DNA of 64,000 nt from Candidatus Brocadiia bacterium (GCA_046538415.1 JBKHIY010000003.1:4143-68142); one strand, 5' to 3'; shown: positions 44,421 to 54,473, counted from the stretch's first letter. The notes: generated by a model not told the origin, from the letters alone. Program-made: numbers and translations.

Positions 44421-45184
44421 GACGCCCTCCCTGCGATGGCGAAAAGCAGGTTGCCCAGCGGCTGGCCCAGGCGCCACTCCAGCCGGTCGAGCCGCTCGGC
44501 CAGCCGCCACGACAGCAGGGCCGCGAACGGCGCCAGGCCGCAGAAACGGCCGTAGCGGGCCGCCGCCAGGCCCGCCTCGCCCAGAGCCCGCTCCAGGCGT
44601 CGGCGGGTGAACCGCGTGACGTGCTGGCCGTGGCGCATGGGCGGGGACAGGCGCAACAAGTCCATCGTTGCTTCCACGGCGGGCCACAGGCTGTGGACGT
44701 TGGGGGTGGTGAGCAGCAAGCGGCCGCGGGGCGCGAGCAGGCGGCCCAGGCGGCGCAGCAGGTCCACCACCTGCTCGGCGACCAGGTGCTCGACCACCTC
44801 CATGCACACTACCAGGTCGAAGCTCTCGTCCGCAAAGTCCAGCTCGCCGAGCCGCCCATGGTGGAAGCGAAGGCCCTGTCGGGCGAAGCGCTGGCGAGCG
44901 AAGCGGATGGCCGCATCGTTGCTGTCCACGGCGTCCACGTCGGCCCCTTGCTCGGCCAGGAAGTGGGCGACCACGCCGGAGCCGCAGCCCGCATCGAGGG
45001 CTCGCCAGCCGGGCTGGGGCGGCACCGTGCGGCCCACCAGCTCGAGCTTGCGCTGGTGCCAGAAGCGCTGGACGGCGGGGCCTTCGGTCAGCGCTCGCCA
45101 CTGGTAGTCGCCGGGGATGGCCACGGGGTCGCCGGTCCGCCACCCCGGCCTGGCGTTCGGTGCTGCGTGGGGGCTCTGGGCCAT
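44417..45184 (-). CDS. Class I SAM-dependent methyltransferase
   Basis: ALDAGCGSG, FDLVVCMEVVEHL, LAPRGRLLLTTPN. Confidence 0.88.
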   Translation of the reverse strand: MAQSPHAAPNARPGWRTGDPVAIPGDYQWRALTEGPAVQRFWHQRKLELVGRTVPPQPGWRALDAGCGSGVVAHFLAEQGADVDAVDSNDAAIRFARQRFARQGLRFHHGRLGELDFADESFDLVVCMEVVEHLVAEQVVDLLRRLGRLLAPRGRLLLTTPNVHSLWPAVEATMDLLRLSPPMRHGQHVTRFTRRRLERALGEAGLAAARYGRFCGLAPFAALLSWRLAERLDRLEWRLGQPLGNLLFAIAGRAS

Positions 45185-45201
45185 GAGGCGTCGCACCGCG
45201 G

Positions 45202-47508
45202 CTAGGGCTCGGGCACGGGCTCGAGGTGGACCTGGCGGATCGGCTCGCCGCCGCGGGGCAGGGCGATACCGTCCACGAACTGGGTATCCACGATCACCTG
45301 CCCCGCCTCCCAGGCCCACGTGGGCAGGAGCCCGTCGGCGGGCAGGTACCACAGGGTCAGCGGCTCGCCATCGCGGCGGGCCAGGCGGAGCACCACCGCC
45401 AGGTCGGCCTCCGTCGCCGCCTCGCAGCGCCAGTAGAGGGTCAGCCTGGCCCGCGTGCCCGCTTGCGCGGCGTCGTAGCCCACCAGGGTGGCGAAGCCGC
45501 CCAGGGTCCTGCCCACACGGTACCGCGGCGTGGGCTCGGCGTCAAGCGTGTAGCCTGCCGCCAGGCCGCGGTCCGGGGCCGACCGCTCGAAGACCAGGAA
45601 GCCCTCCCTGGCGAACACCGCGGCGTAGCGGTCCGAGCGGAGCAGCCGGTTTCGCCAGGCGGCCACCCGGGGCAGGCCCTCCCACGCGTCGCGGAGGTCG
45701 AGCACCATGTAGTCCGCCTCCGTCCAGTGCTTGCCCGAGACGTAGAGGGCCTCCTGGTCGGTGAAGTGGGCGCCCAGGCGGCAGGTGGTCCACAGGCTGC
45801 CCGAGCGGGGCGTGAGCCGCCGAATCTCCTCCACCACTTCCGCTCGGGGCGAGACCTCGAAATGCCGCCAGGGCACCGTGCGCACGAAGAAAAAACAGCC
45901 CGCCAGGCCCGCCGACGCCAGGGCACCCAGCGCCGCGGCGCGCACCAGCCGTGCCGCGTCGGGCCGCCAGCGGGGCCGCAGCCGCCCCGCCAGGCGCGGC
46001 CCCCAGCGCCCCAGGTTCCCCAGCCCGCAGACCGCCGCCAGGTAGAGGCCGGGCAGGGCGGGCGACTGGGCGCCCACCCAGATCACGTGCTTGCCGAAAT
46101 AGCGGGCCATGGCCAGGATCGCGAAGCTCGCCCCCCACACGACCGCCGCCGACGCACTGAGCAGCGGCAGGCACAGCAGCGGCACCGCCAGGTGGAGGAG
46201 CAGGAAGAGCTTCGGCCGCTCGCCCAGCACCGTGCGCAGGAAGTCGCCGGGGCGGCGCACCACGTTCCACAGCACCTCGCCCGCACTGTCCCCGAACCGC
46301 GAGAGCAGCGGCGTGAAGTCGTAGGCCTGCCCGAACACGTACGGCACCGCCACCCGCGTGACGAACACGTAGTAGCCCGCCCCCAGGGCCACGGTCGCGC
46401 CCGCCAGGCCCCAGCGGCGGTGGCGGACCGCCACGTAGACGCCCAGCATCACCACGATGGGCGCCGCCGTCTCCTTCGTCAGGAGGGCCAGCACCAGGAA
46501 CAGGAAGTACCACGGCACCCGCCGCCGCTCCAGGAACACCACGGCCCACAACACCAGCGCGGGCAGCAGCGCCATGGGGCGGAAGCCGTAGTCCGCGGGC
46601 AGGTTCACGAACGCCGTGGTGGGCGCCACCAGGTAGGCGACCGCCAGGCACCACGCCGCCAGCCGGTCCCTGACCACCGATTGGCCAAGGAGATACACCG
46701 CCACGCCGCCGCTCGCGAGGGCCACCGACTGGAGGACGAACAGCGTCTCGTGGGCGGGCCACAGGCGGTAGAGGTACGACAGCGGCGCCAGGATCAGGAA
46801 GCAGTGGGCGTGCAGCGCCACGCCCGTCGCCTCCCAGTGCGTCCGCAAGCCCTCGCCCCGGCTCGCCTGGAAGAGCGCCTCGGCGAACATCCCCGAGTCG
46901 GGGAAGCCCAGCCGCAGAGCCCAATACTGGCGCAGCAGCAGCGCCGAGAAGAACGCCGCATACCCCGCGCTCAGGACCACCACGCTCCAGGCCGAGAACG
47001 CCGCCCGCGTGGCCCGGCGCCCCGGCCCGATGCCCGCCACGTAGCCGCCCGCCCCCACGCACAGGCCCACGCACAAGATCATCAGGAACACCGGCCCCAG
47101 CGTGAGCGGGAGCCCCAGGAAGTGGTGGGCGGGCACCGCCAAGAGCAGGATCAGCGGGTAGAACGCCGGCGCCGCCTTGGCCAGCGCCTGCCGCCAGGCC
47201 CGGCCCTCGCGACGCACCAGCACGCCGGCCAGGGCCAGCCAGCCGCCGCCCACCAGGGCGCCCCACAGGGCCGCGAACTCCGCCAGGTGGGGGAAGGCCA
47301 GGGTACGGCTCGCCCACGCGGGGACGTACTCGTTCCCGCCCGAGAAGTCCTCCTCGACGTAGTAGAGGTGGTAGTCGCCGGCCTCCCCGCGGAAGTAGAA
47401 GGCGAAGCCCAGCGCCGCCGAGGCCATGGCCAGCACCACCAGGCACGCCGGCAGCAGCAGCGATGGGGAGGGGGAACAGGCAGGGGGAAGGTGGGACCTC
47501 TCGCTCAT
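45202..47508 (-). CDS. DUF2079 family polytopic membrane protein (GT-C-like)
   Basis: Many TM helices. DSGMF.EAL, H...IL.PL..LY, LQSVALASG, LLTKE. Periplasmic C-terminal LTLYW...W..GQVIVD domain. Confidence 0.72.
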   Translation of the reverse strand: MSERSHLPPACSPSPSLLLPACLVVLAMASAALGFAFYFRGEAGDYHLYYVEEDFSGGNEYVPAWASRTLAFPHLAEFAALWGALVGGGWLALAGVLVRREGRAWRQALAKAAPAFYPLILLLAVPAHHFLGLPLTLGPVFLMILCVGLCVGAGGYVAGIGPGRRATRAAFSAWSVVVLSAGYAAFFSALLLRQYWALRLGFPDSGMFAEALFQASRGEGLRTHWEATGVALHAHCFLILAPLSYLYRLWPAHETLFVLQSVALASGGVAVYLLGQSVVRDRLAAWCLAVAYLVAPTTAFVNLPADYGFRPMALLPALVLWAVVFLERRRVPWYFLFLVLALLTKETAAPIVVMLGVYVAVRHRRWGLAGATVALGAGYYVFVTRVAVPYVFGQAYDFTPLLSRFGDSAGEVLWNVVRRPGDFLRTVLGERPKLFLLLHLAVPLLCLPLLSASAAVVWGASFAILAMARYFGKHVIWVGAQSPALPGLYLAAVCGLGNLGRWGPRLAGRLRPRWRPDAARLVRAAALGALASAGLAGCFFFVRTVPWRHFEVSPRAEVVEEIRRLTPRSGSLWTTCRLGAHFTDQEALYVSGKHWTEADYMVLDLRDAWEGLPRVAAWRNRLLRSDRYAAVFAREGFLVFERSAPDRGLAAGYTLDAEPTPRYRVGRTLGGFATLVGYDAAQAGTRARLTLYWRCEAATEADLAVVLRLARRDGEPLTLWYLPADGLLPTWAWEAGQVIVDTQFVDGIALPRGGEPIRQVHLEPVPEP

Positions 47509-47610
47509 CCAGCACCCTCGCCGCCGAAACGGTCGCGCCGGGCCGGGCGCCCCTCGCGCGGCGCCTGGCACGCTCCACCGGAACTCACCCGTCCCCCGAC
47601 GGGCCCCCGC

Positions 47611-48768
47611 TCAGAACGTGCCGTCCACGTCCATGGTCTCCCCCGCGGCTTCTTTCTGGTAGGTGGAGGCGGCGGCTCGCTCCTGGAGCTTCTCGTAGAA
47701 GAGGTCCTCGTCCACGGGCAGCTCCACCCACGAGTCGGACCACGCGGAGAGGAGCATGGCGTTGGAGAGCTGGAGGCTCTTGATGCCCTCCTGGCCGGGA
47801 GCCACGAGCTGGCCCCCCTTGCTGATGGCGTCGATCCACTTCTGGGTCACTTCGCGGTGGCCTCCGCCCCCTCCCCGAACGGGCACGTCGCACTTCCAGC
47901 ACTCGGGCTTTCCGAAGCCGCCCTTGTATTTGCGGAGGAACTGGTCGGCGGGCACGCGGTTGCGCCAGAAGGTCAGGCCGTCGCCCTCGACGACCACCTT
48001 GCCCCGGTCGCCGGTGACCTCCAGGCGGTTGGTGCCGGGGGCTTCGCCGGTGGTGGTGAGGAACAGGCCGGTGGCCCCGTTCTCGTATTCCACGTAGGCG
48101 GTCACGTCGTCCTCGACCTCGATGTCGTGGTATTTCCCGAAGTAGCAGAATGCCCTGACGCGCCGGGGCATGCCGCAGGTCCACTGCCAGAGGTCGAGGT
48201 TGTGGGGGCACTGGTTGATGAGCACGCCGCCGCCCTCGCCGGCCCAGGTGGCCCGCCAGCCCCCGGAGTCGTAGTAGCTCTGGGAGCGGAACCAGCTGGT
48301 GATGATCCAGTTGGTGCGGCGGATCTCGCCCAGCTCCCCGCCGTCCACCAGCTCCTTGAGCTTCTGGTAGATGGGGCGGGTGCGCTGGTTGAACATGAGG
48401 GCGAAGACCTTGCCGCTTCGCTCCGCCGCCTCGTTCATCTCCCGTACCTGCCTGGTGTAGACGCCCGCCGGCTTCTCGCTGAGCACGTGGAGCCCCCGCT
48501 CGAAGGCCTGCACGGCGATGGGAGGGTGATCGTAATGGGGCGTGGCGATGACCACCGCGTCCACGGCCTCGGAGTCCAGGAGGGCCTCCGCGCGGTCGAA
48601 CCGCGCGACGTCCTCGCCCAGGGCCTCCTTCGCCCACTCGAGCCGGGCGGGGTTGATGTCGCACACCGCGGTCAGCTCCGCCCCGTCCACTTCCCCGGCC
48701 TGGAGATACCTCGCGTGGTGGCTGCCCATGCCGCCGATGCCCACGATGCCCACCCGCACGCTGTCCAT
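47611..48768 (-). CDS. Gfo/Idh/MocA family oxidoreductase
   Basis: VGIVGIGGMG, IATPHYDH, HVLSEKP, GGGVLINQCPHNLD, EVEDD. RBS AAGGAGG. Confidence 0.92.
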   Translation of the reverse strand: MDSVRVGIVGIGGMGSHHARYLQAGEVDGAELTAVCDINPARLEWAKEALGEDVARFDRAEALLDSEAVDAVVIATPHYDHPPIAVQAFERGLHVLSEKPAGVYTRQVREMNEAAERSGKVFALMFNQRTRPIYQKLKELVDGGELGEIRRTNWIITSWFRSQSYYDSGGWRATWAGEGGGVLINQCPHNLDLWQWTCGMPRRVRAFCYFGKYHDIEVEDDVTAYVEYENGATGLFLTTTGEAPGTNRLEVTGDRGKVVVEGDGLTFWRNRVPADQFLRKYKGGFGKPECWKCDVPVRGGGGGHREVTQKWIDAISKGGQLVAPGQEGIKSLQLSNAMLLSAWSDSWVELPVDEDLFYEKLQERAAASTYQKEAAGETMDVDGTF

Positions 48769-49188
48769 CCCGCTGTCCTCCTTCGGGGCTACAGGGACCT
48801 GGGGGGCAGGCATTCTAGCACAAGCGCGGCACGCATGCGAGTGGCCCGCGCCTCTCTCCTCCGAGGCCCTCTGACCGCCCGGGTAGGGCCGGAGGCCCCA
48901 GCCAGGGGGCCGGGGCGGCTCCGGGCCAGGCGGGAGAGCCTTCCCCGAGGCAAGTGCCACGTTCCACTGCGTCGCTCTACGGGGCTGCTAGGGGCCTTCT
49001 CGGGCAGATTTGCGCGCTAGGTCTCCTGGGTCGCGCCCGGCTGCTAGCGTGGCTAGGACGGCATTCTCGGGCGTCTGATTTTTCGGACTTGTAAGGCTAT
49101 ACGTGATAAGGCCTTATGGAGGCCCTCCGGGGCCGATCGAGGCCCAAATCGACGTAAGTCAAGGTCGGGGCCGCCCGGCCGCGGGAGG

Positions 49189-51102
49189 CTACTGGCCCTC
49201 CTCCTCGACGATGAGCAGGCGGGGGGTGTCGATGGTGGGCACCTCGACGGTGAGCGCCTCGGGCCGGCGCTCGACCACGCGGGGGGCCAGGTCGCGGTCG
49301 GCCAGGGGGTCGTAGTAGCGCAGCGAGCACCGCGGGCCATCGAGGGGCCGGAGGGTCACGCGATAGGTCACCTCGGCCAGGTCCTCGATGGGGTAGGTGG
49401 GCGACATCACGTAGACGGCGAAGACGAACTTCCCCTCGGAGACCTGGAAGGGCAGGAGGGCGAAGAGCTCGCGGTAGGTGAGCGTGGGCTTGCCCTCGGG
49501 CATTTCGAACACCTTGCGCTCCTCGCCCAGCTTGACCACCTCGACGCCGAACTGGCGAGGCCGCTCGACCGGCTCCGCTCCCTCGAAGACCTCCACCGTG
49601 CGCCGCAGGGCGAGAAGGGCCGGGGACAGCCACGCCTCGACCTCGTCGCTCGGCGGCGGGGCCTTCAGCCCGCGGCAGCGGGCGAGCATCAGCCCCATCC
49701 CGTGGTTGTGCTTCTCGGGGCCGGACTGGAACACGGTGATGCGGCTGAGCCCCTTGTTGAGCCAGAAGAGGATGGCCCGGACGAGGAATTTCTCCTTGAG
49801 GCGGAGGGACTCCTCCTCGCCCTCCACCCCCGCCTCGGCGGGCACGATGCCGTGCTCGGTGATGTAGTGGTGGAAGACCTCCGTGCCCGGGGGCCGGCGG
49901 GAGAGCCGCTTGTCGGGCCGCAGGAGGTGCATCAGCGATTCGCACTGGATGAAGGTATGCGCCCAGCCCTCGGCGAAGCACACCCGGTAGTCGGGGCAGT
50001 GGCCCTCCAGGCAGCGCCAGGGCTGGTGGGGGGCCTGCTCGCGCTCGGGCAGCTTGCGCCAGCCGGTGCCGTAGGGATGGTAGCTCTGCCCGTCGGTGCC
50101 GGGGGGAAGCTGCTCGATGGGGGTGTGGAAGAAGGTGGTGTTCGACCAGCCCCAGATGCAGCGGGTGCCCGGGAACTGCCGCTCGACCATCTCGATGATC
50201 CGCCGCGAGACCTCCCAGGCGTGGCCCCCGGGGCGGAGGAAGTCCTTCTCGAACTCCACGTGGCCCGGCCAGTAGGCGTTGATGCCGTGGCCGCCCATGA
50301 AGTGGGAGCCGAAGCTCAGCTCGTTCCAGATCTCGACCTCGATGCCCACCCCCTCCTCCTTGGCGATGGCGCAAATGGCCCGCGCGTAGTCCACCCAGCC
50401 GCGAGCCAGGTGCTCGAACTGCGGGGTGCCCACGGGATGGGCGGGCAGGTAGTGGAGGTCCACGCAGTGGACCTGCTGGCCCTTCTCGAGGGCCTTGGGC
50501 AGGGGCTTGGAGAGCCGGACCGTGCGGGAGGCGCGGTCGATCTCGGTGAACAGCACCTCTCCCGCCCAGTAGGTCGTGAGGTTGGCCAGGCCGGCGTGGA
50601 CGGGGCGGAATCCCTCGACCGAGTCGAGGGTCAGCTCGGTGGCGCCCTTGGGCGCCTCGCGGGCCACCCGGCGCTGCCACGACTTCATGGCGCAGGGATA
50701 GCCGTGATGGGCGTTGAGCAGCACGATGGGGGTGATGCCCAGCTTGCCGCAGGCCCTCAGCACCTCGCGGTAGCGCTTCTGCTGGCCAGGGGCGATGGTC
50801 TTGGCCTCGGGGTCGTAGCTGCCGAGGGGCTGCTCCCAGCGCAAGCAGCGGAAGCCGGCCTCGGCCAGGAGCCCGAGCTGGGCCTCGATGCTGCCGCCGT
50901 GGTGGTGGTAGCAGATGCCGATGCCGGACAGGAGGTCGGCGGCGGGCCGGGTCTCCAGGAATCCCCGCCAGGGCTGCTTGACGTGGCTGTGCTTGGGCCA
51001 GGGCACCTCCAGCTGGCTGGGGTCCACGTAGGGCTTGACGGGCAGCTCCCCGGCGAGCGCCGGACCGGCGAGCACGGCGAGGGCGAGGGCCACGCGTTCC
51101 AT
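49189..51102 (-). CDS. Exported hypothetical protein, glycoside hydrolase-like TIM barrel with an inserted beta domain
   Basis: Signal peptide MERVALALAVLAGPALA. EAGFRCLRWE, EIWNEL, SYHPY and YITEHG resemble clan GH-A motifs. Confidence 0.6.
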   Translation of the reverse strand: MERVALALAVLAGPALAGELPVKPYVDPSQLEVPWPKHSHVKQPWRGFLETRPAADLLSGIGICYHHHGGSIEAQLGLLAEAGFRCLRWEQPLGSYDPEAKTIAPGQQKRYREVLRACGKLGITPIVLLNAHHGYPCAMKSWQRRVAREAPKGATELTLDSVEGFRPVHAGLANLTTYWAGEVLFTEIDRASRTVRLSKPLPKALEKGQQVHCVDLHYLPAHPVGTPQFEHLARGWVDYARAICAIAKEEGVGIEVEIWNELSFGSHFMGGHGINAYWPGHVEFEKDFLRPGGHAWEVSRRIIEMVERQFPGTRCIWGWSNTTFFHTPIEQLPPGTDGQSYHPYGTGWRKLPEREQAPHQPWRCLEGHCPDYRVCFAEGWAHTFIQCESLMHLLRPDKRLSRRPPGTEVFHHYITEHGIVPAEAGVEGEEESLRLKEKFLVRAILFWLNKGLSRITVFQSGPEKHNHGMGLMLARCRGLKAPPPSDEVEAWLSPALLALRRTVEVFEGAEPVERPRQFGVEVVKLGEERKVFEMPEGKPTLTYRELFALLPFQVSEGKFVFAVYVMSPTYPIEDLAEVTYRVTLRPLDGPRCSLRYYDPLADRDLAPRVVERRPEALTVEVPTIDTPRLLIVEEEGQ

Positions 51103-51211
51103 GGCGGCTCCAACAGACCCGGCGCGAGAGAGGGGGCCGCCCCTGCGGCGGCCAGCGAAGCCGATCCTACAGCGGCGGTGGGCGGGGGTCAAGCTCTGGC
51201 CAGGCGCACGG

Positions 51212-51240
51212 TTGCAATTGCCGCGTCGATGGCCTATCAT
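51212..51240 (+). promoter_or_regulatory. Sigma70-type promoter for the aldo/keto reductase
   Basis: TTGCAA, 17 nt spacer, TATCAT. Confidence 0.6.
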
Positions 51241-51291
51241 AGATACGAAGCTTGTAGGGGGAGCGTGCTCCAACAAGAAGGAGGCGCGGGA

Positions 51292-52380
51292 ATGGCGGAG
51301 GAGAAGCTCACCCGACGGAAGTTCGTGCGCGACTCGGCCGCGGCAGCGGCGGGGGTCGCCGCGGGAGCCGCGGCGGCACAGGCCGCCCAGGCCGACACGA
51401 GCAAGATCCTGAACTACAACGAGAAGATGGCGTACCGCCCCTGCGGGAAGACCGGCCTGATGGTCTCCGCGGTGTGCCTGGGCGGCCACTGGAAGCGCAT
51501 CGACAAGATGGTGCCCGGGGTGTTCAAGGGCCGGGGCTGGCTGAGCGCCGACCTCGCCAACCCAGGGTTCCAGGAGAACCGCCGCGACGTGGTCAGCCGT
51601 TGCATCGACGTGGGCATCAACTACATCGACGCCTGCACCATCCAGGAGGTCAAGGCCTACTCCCAGGCCCTCAAGGGCCGACGCGACAAGATGTACGTGG
51701 GATGCTCCTGGTACCAGCGCGAGCTGCGCAACGGCAAGTACCGCAAGAAGGAGAAGCTCCTGGAGACCCTCGACTGGGGGCTCAAGGACTCCGGGATCGA
51801 GTACGCCGACCTGTGGCGGATCACCATGCACGAGCGCTCCAGCCGCCACAGCAAGGCCGAGGTGGAGGAGATGATGGAGGCCCTGGCCGCGGCCAAGAAG
51901 ACCGGGAAGGTGCGCTTCACCGGCTTCTCCTCCCACGACCGCGACCACATCAAGTGGATGATCGAGACCTATCCCGAGGTGGTCGACATCATCGTCACCC
52001 CCTATACCGCGCGCACCAAGAGGCTCCCCGGTCATAGCCTCTTCGATACCCTCGAGAAACACCAGGTGGGCTTCTTCGGCATCAAGCCCTTCTCCTCCAA
52101 CTCCTTGTTCAAGGGCGACTCTACGCCGGACAATCCCCACGCGGAGAGGGACGACCGGATGGCGCGGCTCACCATCCGCTACATCCTCTGCAACCCGGTC
52201 ATCACCGCCCCCATCCCAGGGATGATCAACCCCCACCAGGTGGACAACGTGGCCAAGGCCGTCCAGGAGCGCCGCGAGCTCGACCGCGCCGAGCTCAAGG
52301 AACTCCAGGAGGCCACCGACGAGGCGTGGGCCAACCTCCCGCCCGACTACCAGTGGCTCAAGGACTGGGAGTGGGTCTAG
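51292..52380 (+). CDS. Tat-signal aldo/keto reductase family protein
   Basis: LTRRKFV Tat motif, YRPCGKTGLMVSAVCLGG, GINYID, GKVRFTGFSSH, IPGM. RBS AAGGAGG. Confidence 0.85.
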   Translation: MAEEKLTRRKFVRDSAAAAAGVAAGAAAAQAAQADTSKILNYNEKMAYRPCGKTGLMVSAVCLGGHWKRIDKMVPGVFKGRGWLSADLANPGFQENRRDVVSRCIDVGINYIDACTIQEVKAYSQALKGRRDKMYVGCSWYQRELRNGKYRKKEKLLETLDWGLKDSGIEYADLWRITMHERSSRHSKAEVEEMMEALAAAKKTGKVRFTGFSSHDRDHIKWMIETYPEVVDIIVTPYTARTKRLPGHSLFDTLEKHQVGFFGIKPFSSNSLFKGDSTPDNPHAERDDRMARLTIRYILCNPVITAPIPGMINPHQVDNVAKAVQERRELDRAELKELQEATDEAWANLPPDYQWLKDWEWV

Positions 52381-52531
52381 ACCCGCGTACCGCGGCGGGG
52401 GGCTCCCCTCGCCGACGCATCGAGAGCACACAAGACCGTTCGCCCGGCGGCCCCCGCTCGAGGGGCCGCCGGGCGCCCACCAGCCCAGCCGTCCCGCTCG
52501 GGCACTATCACCAGCGACGAAGGGGTGCACT

Positions 52532-53035
52532 TTGAGACACTGCGTCCTGGGCCTTGTCGCAGGCGTACTCGCCCTCGCCGTCGGCTGCCGGTGGCTTCCC
52601 CCCCGCGAGGAGCCCCTGCTCCTCGAAGAGCTCGACGAAGGCCCCCAGGCCCAGCCCGCCCTCATGGCCGACAACAGCCGCTGCTTCGTGTGCCACATGA
52701 ACTACGCCGACGAAGAGCTCACCGTCACCCACCAGCGCGCCAACGTGGGGTGCACCTCCTGCCACGGCATGTGCGACGACCACTGCTCCGACGAAGCTCA
52801 CCTCACACCGCCCGACATCATGTACCGCCGAGGGAAGATCAACCCGGCCTGCATGAAGTGCCACCCGGCCAAAGACCTCCAGGAGGCGAAAGAACATCAG
52901 CCCCTCCTCGCCGACCCGGACGCCGCCAACCAGGTGTGCACCGACTGCCACGGCGACCATGGGCTGGAGACCCGCCAGGTGCGGTGGGACAAGGAGACGG
53001 GCAAGCTCCTGCCCCAGGACCAGGCGACACCCTAG
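52532..53035 (+). CDS. Tetraheme c-type cytochrome lipoprotein
   Basis: Four CxxCH motifs (CFVCH, CTSCH, CMKCH, CTDCH). Lipobox AVGC. TTG start. Confidence 0.85.
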   Translation: MRHCVLGLVAGVLALAVGCRWLPPREEPLLLEELDEGPQAQPALMADNSRCFVCHMNYADEELTVTHQRANVGCTSCHGMCDDHCSDEAHLTPPDIMYRRGKINPACMKCHPAKDLQEAKEHQPLLADPDAANQVCTDCHGDHGLETRQVRWDKETGKLLPQDQATP

Positions 53036-53060
53036 TGGACTAGCAGACAGGCGAGGCGCC

Positions 53061-54473
53061 ATGGCCGAGACCACGCGCACCGATTTCCTCCGTACTGTCG
53101 GCTCCGCCGCCGCCTTCGCCCTCCTGGGCCGCCAAGCCCCCGCCCAGCGCCGCGACCGCCCCAACATCCTCTTCTTCTTCCCCGACCAGCACCGCTACGA
53201 CTGGATCGGCGAGGGCTCCGATATCCCGGTGCGCACGCCTAACATCGACCTGCTGGGCCGTCGGGGCGTGCGGTTTCGCAACTGCCTCACCCCATCGCCA
53301 CTGTGCGCTCCCGCACGCGCCTGCCTGGCCGCCGGCAAGCACTATCCGCGGTGCGGGGTGAAGAACAACGGCGAAGACTACCCCCTCGACCAGGCCACCT
53401 TCTACGCCCTGCTCCGCGACGCCGGCTACCACGTGCTGGGCTGCGGCAAGTTCGACCTCCACAAGGCCACCCGCGACTGGGGCCTCGACGGCAAGCGCCT
53501 GGTGCGCCAGTGGGGATTCTCCGACGGCATCGACAACGCGGGGAAGTGGGACGCCATCGGCAGCGGCTCCAGGAATCCCAAGGACCCCTACATGCACTTC
53601 CTCCAGCAGAAAGGGCTCCTGGAGACCCACGTGGCCGACTTCCGCAAGCGGCGGAGCAAGGCCGCCACCCACCCCACGCCGCTGCCCGAGGAGGCCTACT
53701 GCGACAACTGGATCGCCCGAAACGGCCTCCAGCTTCTCGACCGCGTGCCCAGGGGCAAGCCCTGGTTCCTCCAGGTGAACTTCGCCGGCCCGCACAGCCC
53801 GTGGGACGTGACCCGGCGGATGGCCCAGCTCTACCGGGGCGTGGACTTCCCGCAGCCCAACCGCTGTCCCAAGTTCGCCCCCAGCACCCACGTGAGGATT
53901 CGCCGCAACTACGCCGCGATGGTCGAGAACATCGACCGCTGGCTGGGCATCTACATGGAATGGCTCGCCCGCCGCGGCGAGCTGGGCCGCACGCTCGTGG
54001 TCTTCAGCAGCGACCACGGCGAGATGCTCGGCGACCACGGGCGCTGGGGCAAGAGCGTGCCCTACCACCCCTCCGTGGCCGTGCCCCTGGCCGTGGCCGG
54101 CCCGGGCGCGGAGGCCATCGGGGCCAGCGACGCCCTGGTGAGCGTGACCGACCTGGCCGCCACGTTCCTCGACGCCGCGGGAGTGCCCGTCCCCGAAGCC
54201 ATGGACAGCCGATCGCTGGTGCCCGTGCTCACCGGCCGGGCCGAATCCCACCGCCAGCATCTCCGCTCCGGCCTGAACGCCTGGCGGCTAGTCTTCGACG
54301 GGCGCTACAAGCTCGTCGCCGGCTTCCCCGTCCCGCGCCGGAAAGGCCGGGAGGCCGCGGAGGCCCCGCCGCTGCTCTTCGACCTGGAGGCGGACCCGCT
54401 GGAGAACGAGAACGTCGCCGAGAAACAGCCCCGGACCGTCGCCCGCCTGGCCCCCCTGCTCTGGCCCGCCTAG
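53061..54473 (+). CDS. Sulfatase (choline-sulfatase-like subfamily)
   Basis: PNILFFFPDQHR, CAPAR (CxPxR), GKFDL, FAGPHSPWD, SDHGEMLGDHG, LFDL..DP.E. Degenerate Tat-like TRTDFL. Confidence 0.88.
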   Translation: MAETTRTDFLRTVGSAAAFALLGRQAPAQRRDRPNILFFFPDQHRYDWIGEGSDIPVRTPNIDLLGRRGVRFRNCLTPSPLCAPARACLAAGKHYPRCGVKNNGEDYPLDQATFYALLRDAGYHVLGCGKFDLHKATRDWGLDGKRLVRQWGFSDGIDNAGKWDAIGSGSRNPKDPYMHFLQQKGLLETHVADFRKRRSKAATHPTPLPEEAYCDNWIARNGLQLLDRVPRGKPWFLQVNFAGPHSPWDVTRRMAQLYRGVDFPQPNRCPKFAPSTHVRIRRNYAAMVENIDRWLGIYMEWLARRGELGRTLVVFSSDHGEMLGDHGRWGKSVPYHPSVAVPLAVAGPGAEAIGASDALVSVTDLAATFLDAAGVPVPEAMDSRSLVPVLTGRAESHRQHLRSGLNAWRLVFDGRYKLVAGFPVPRRKGREAAEAPPLLFDLEADPLENENVAEKQPRTVARLAPLLWPA

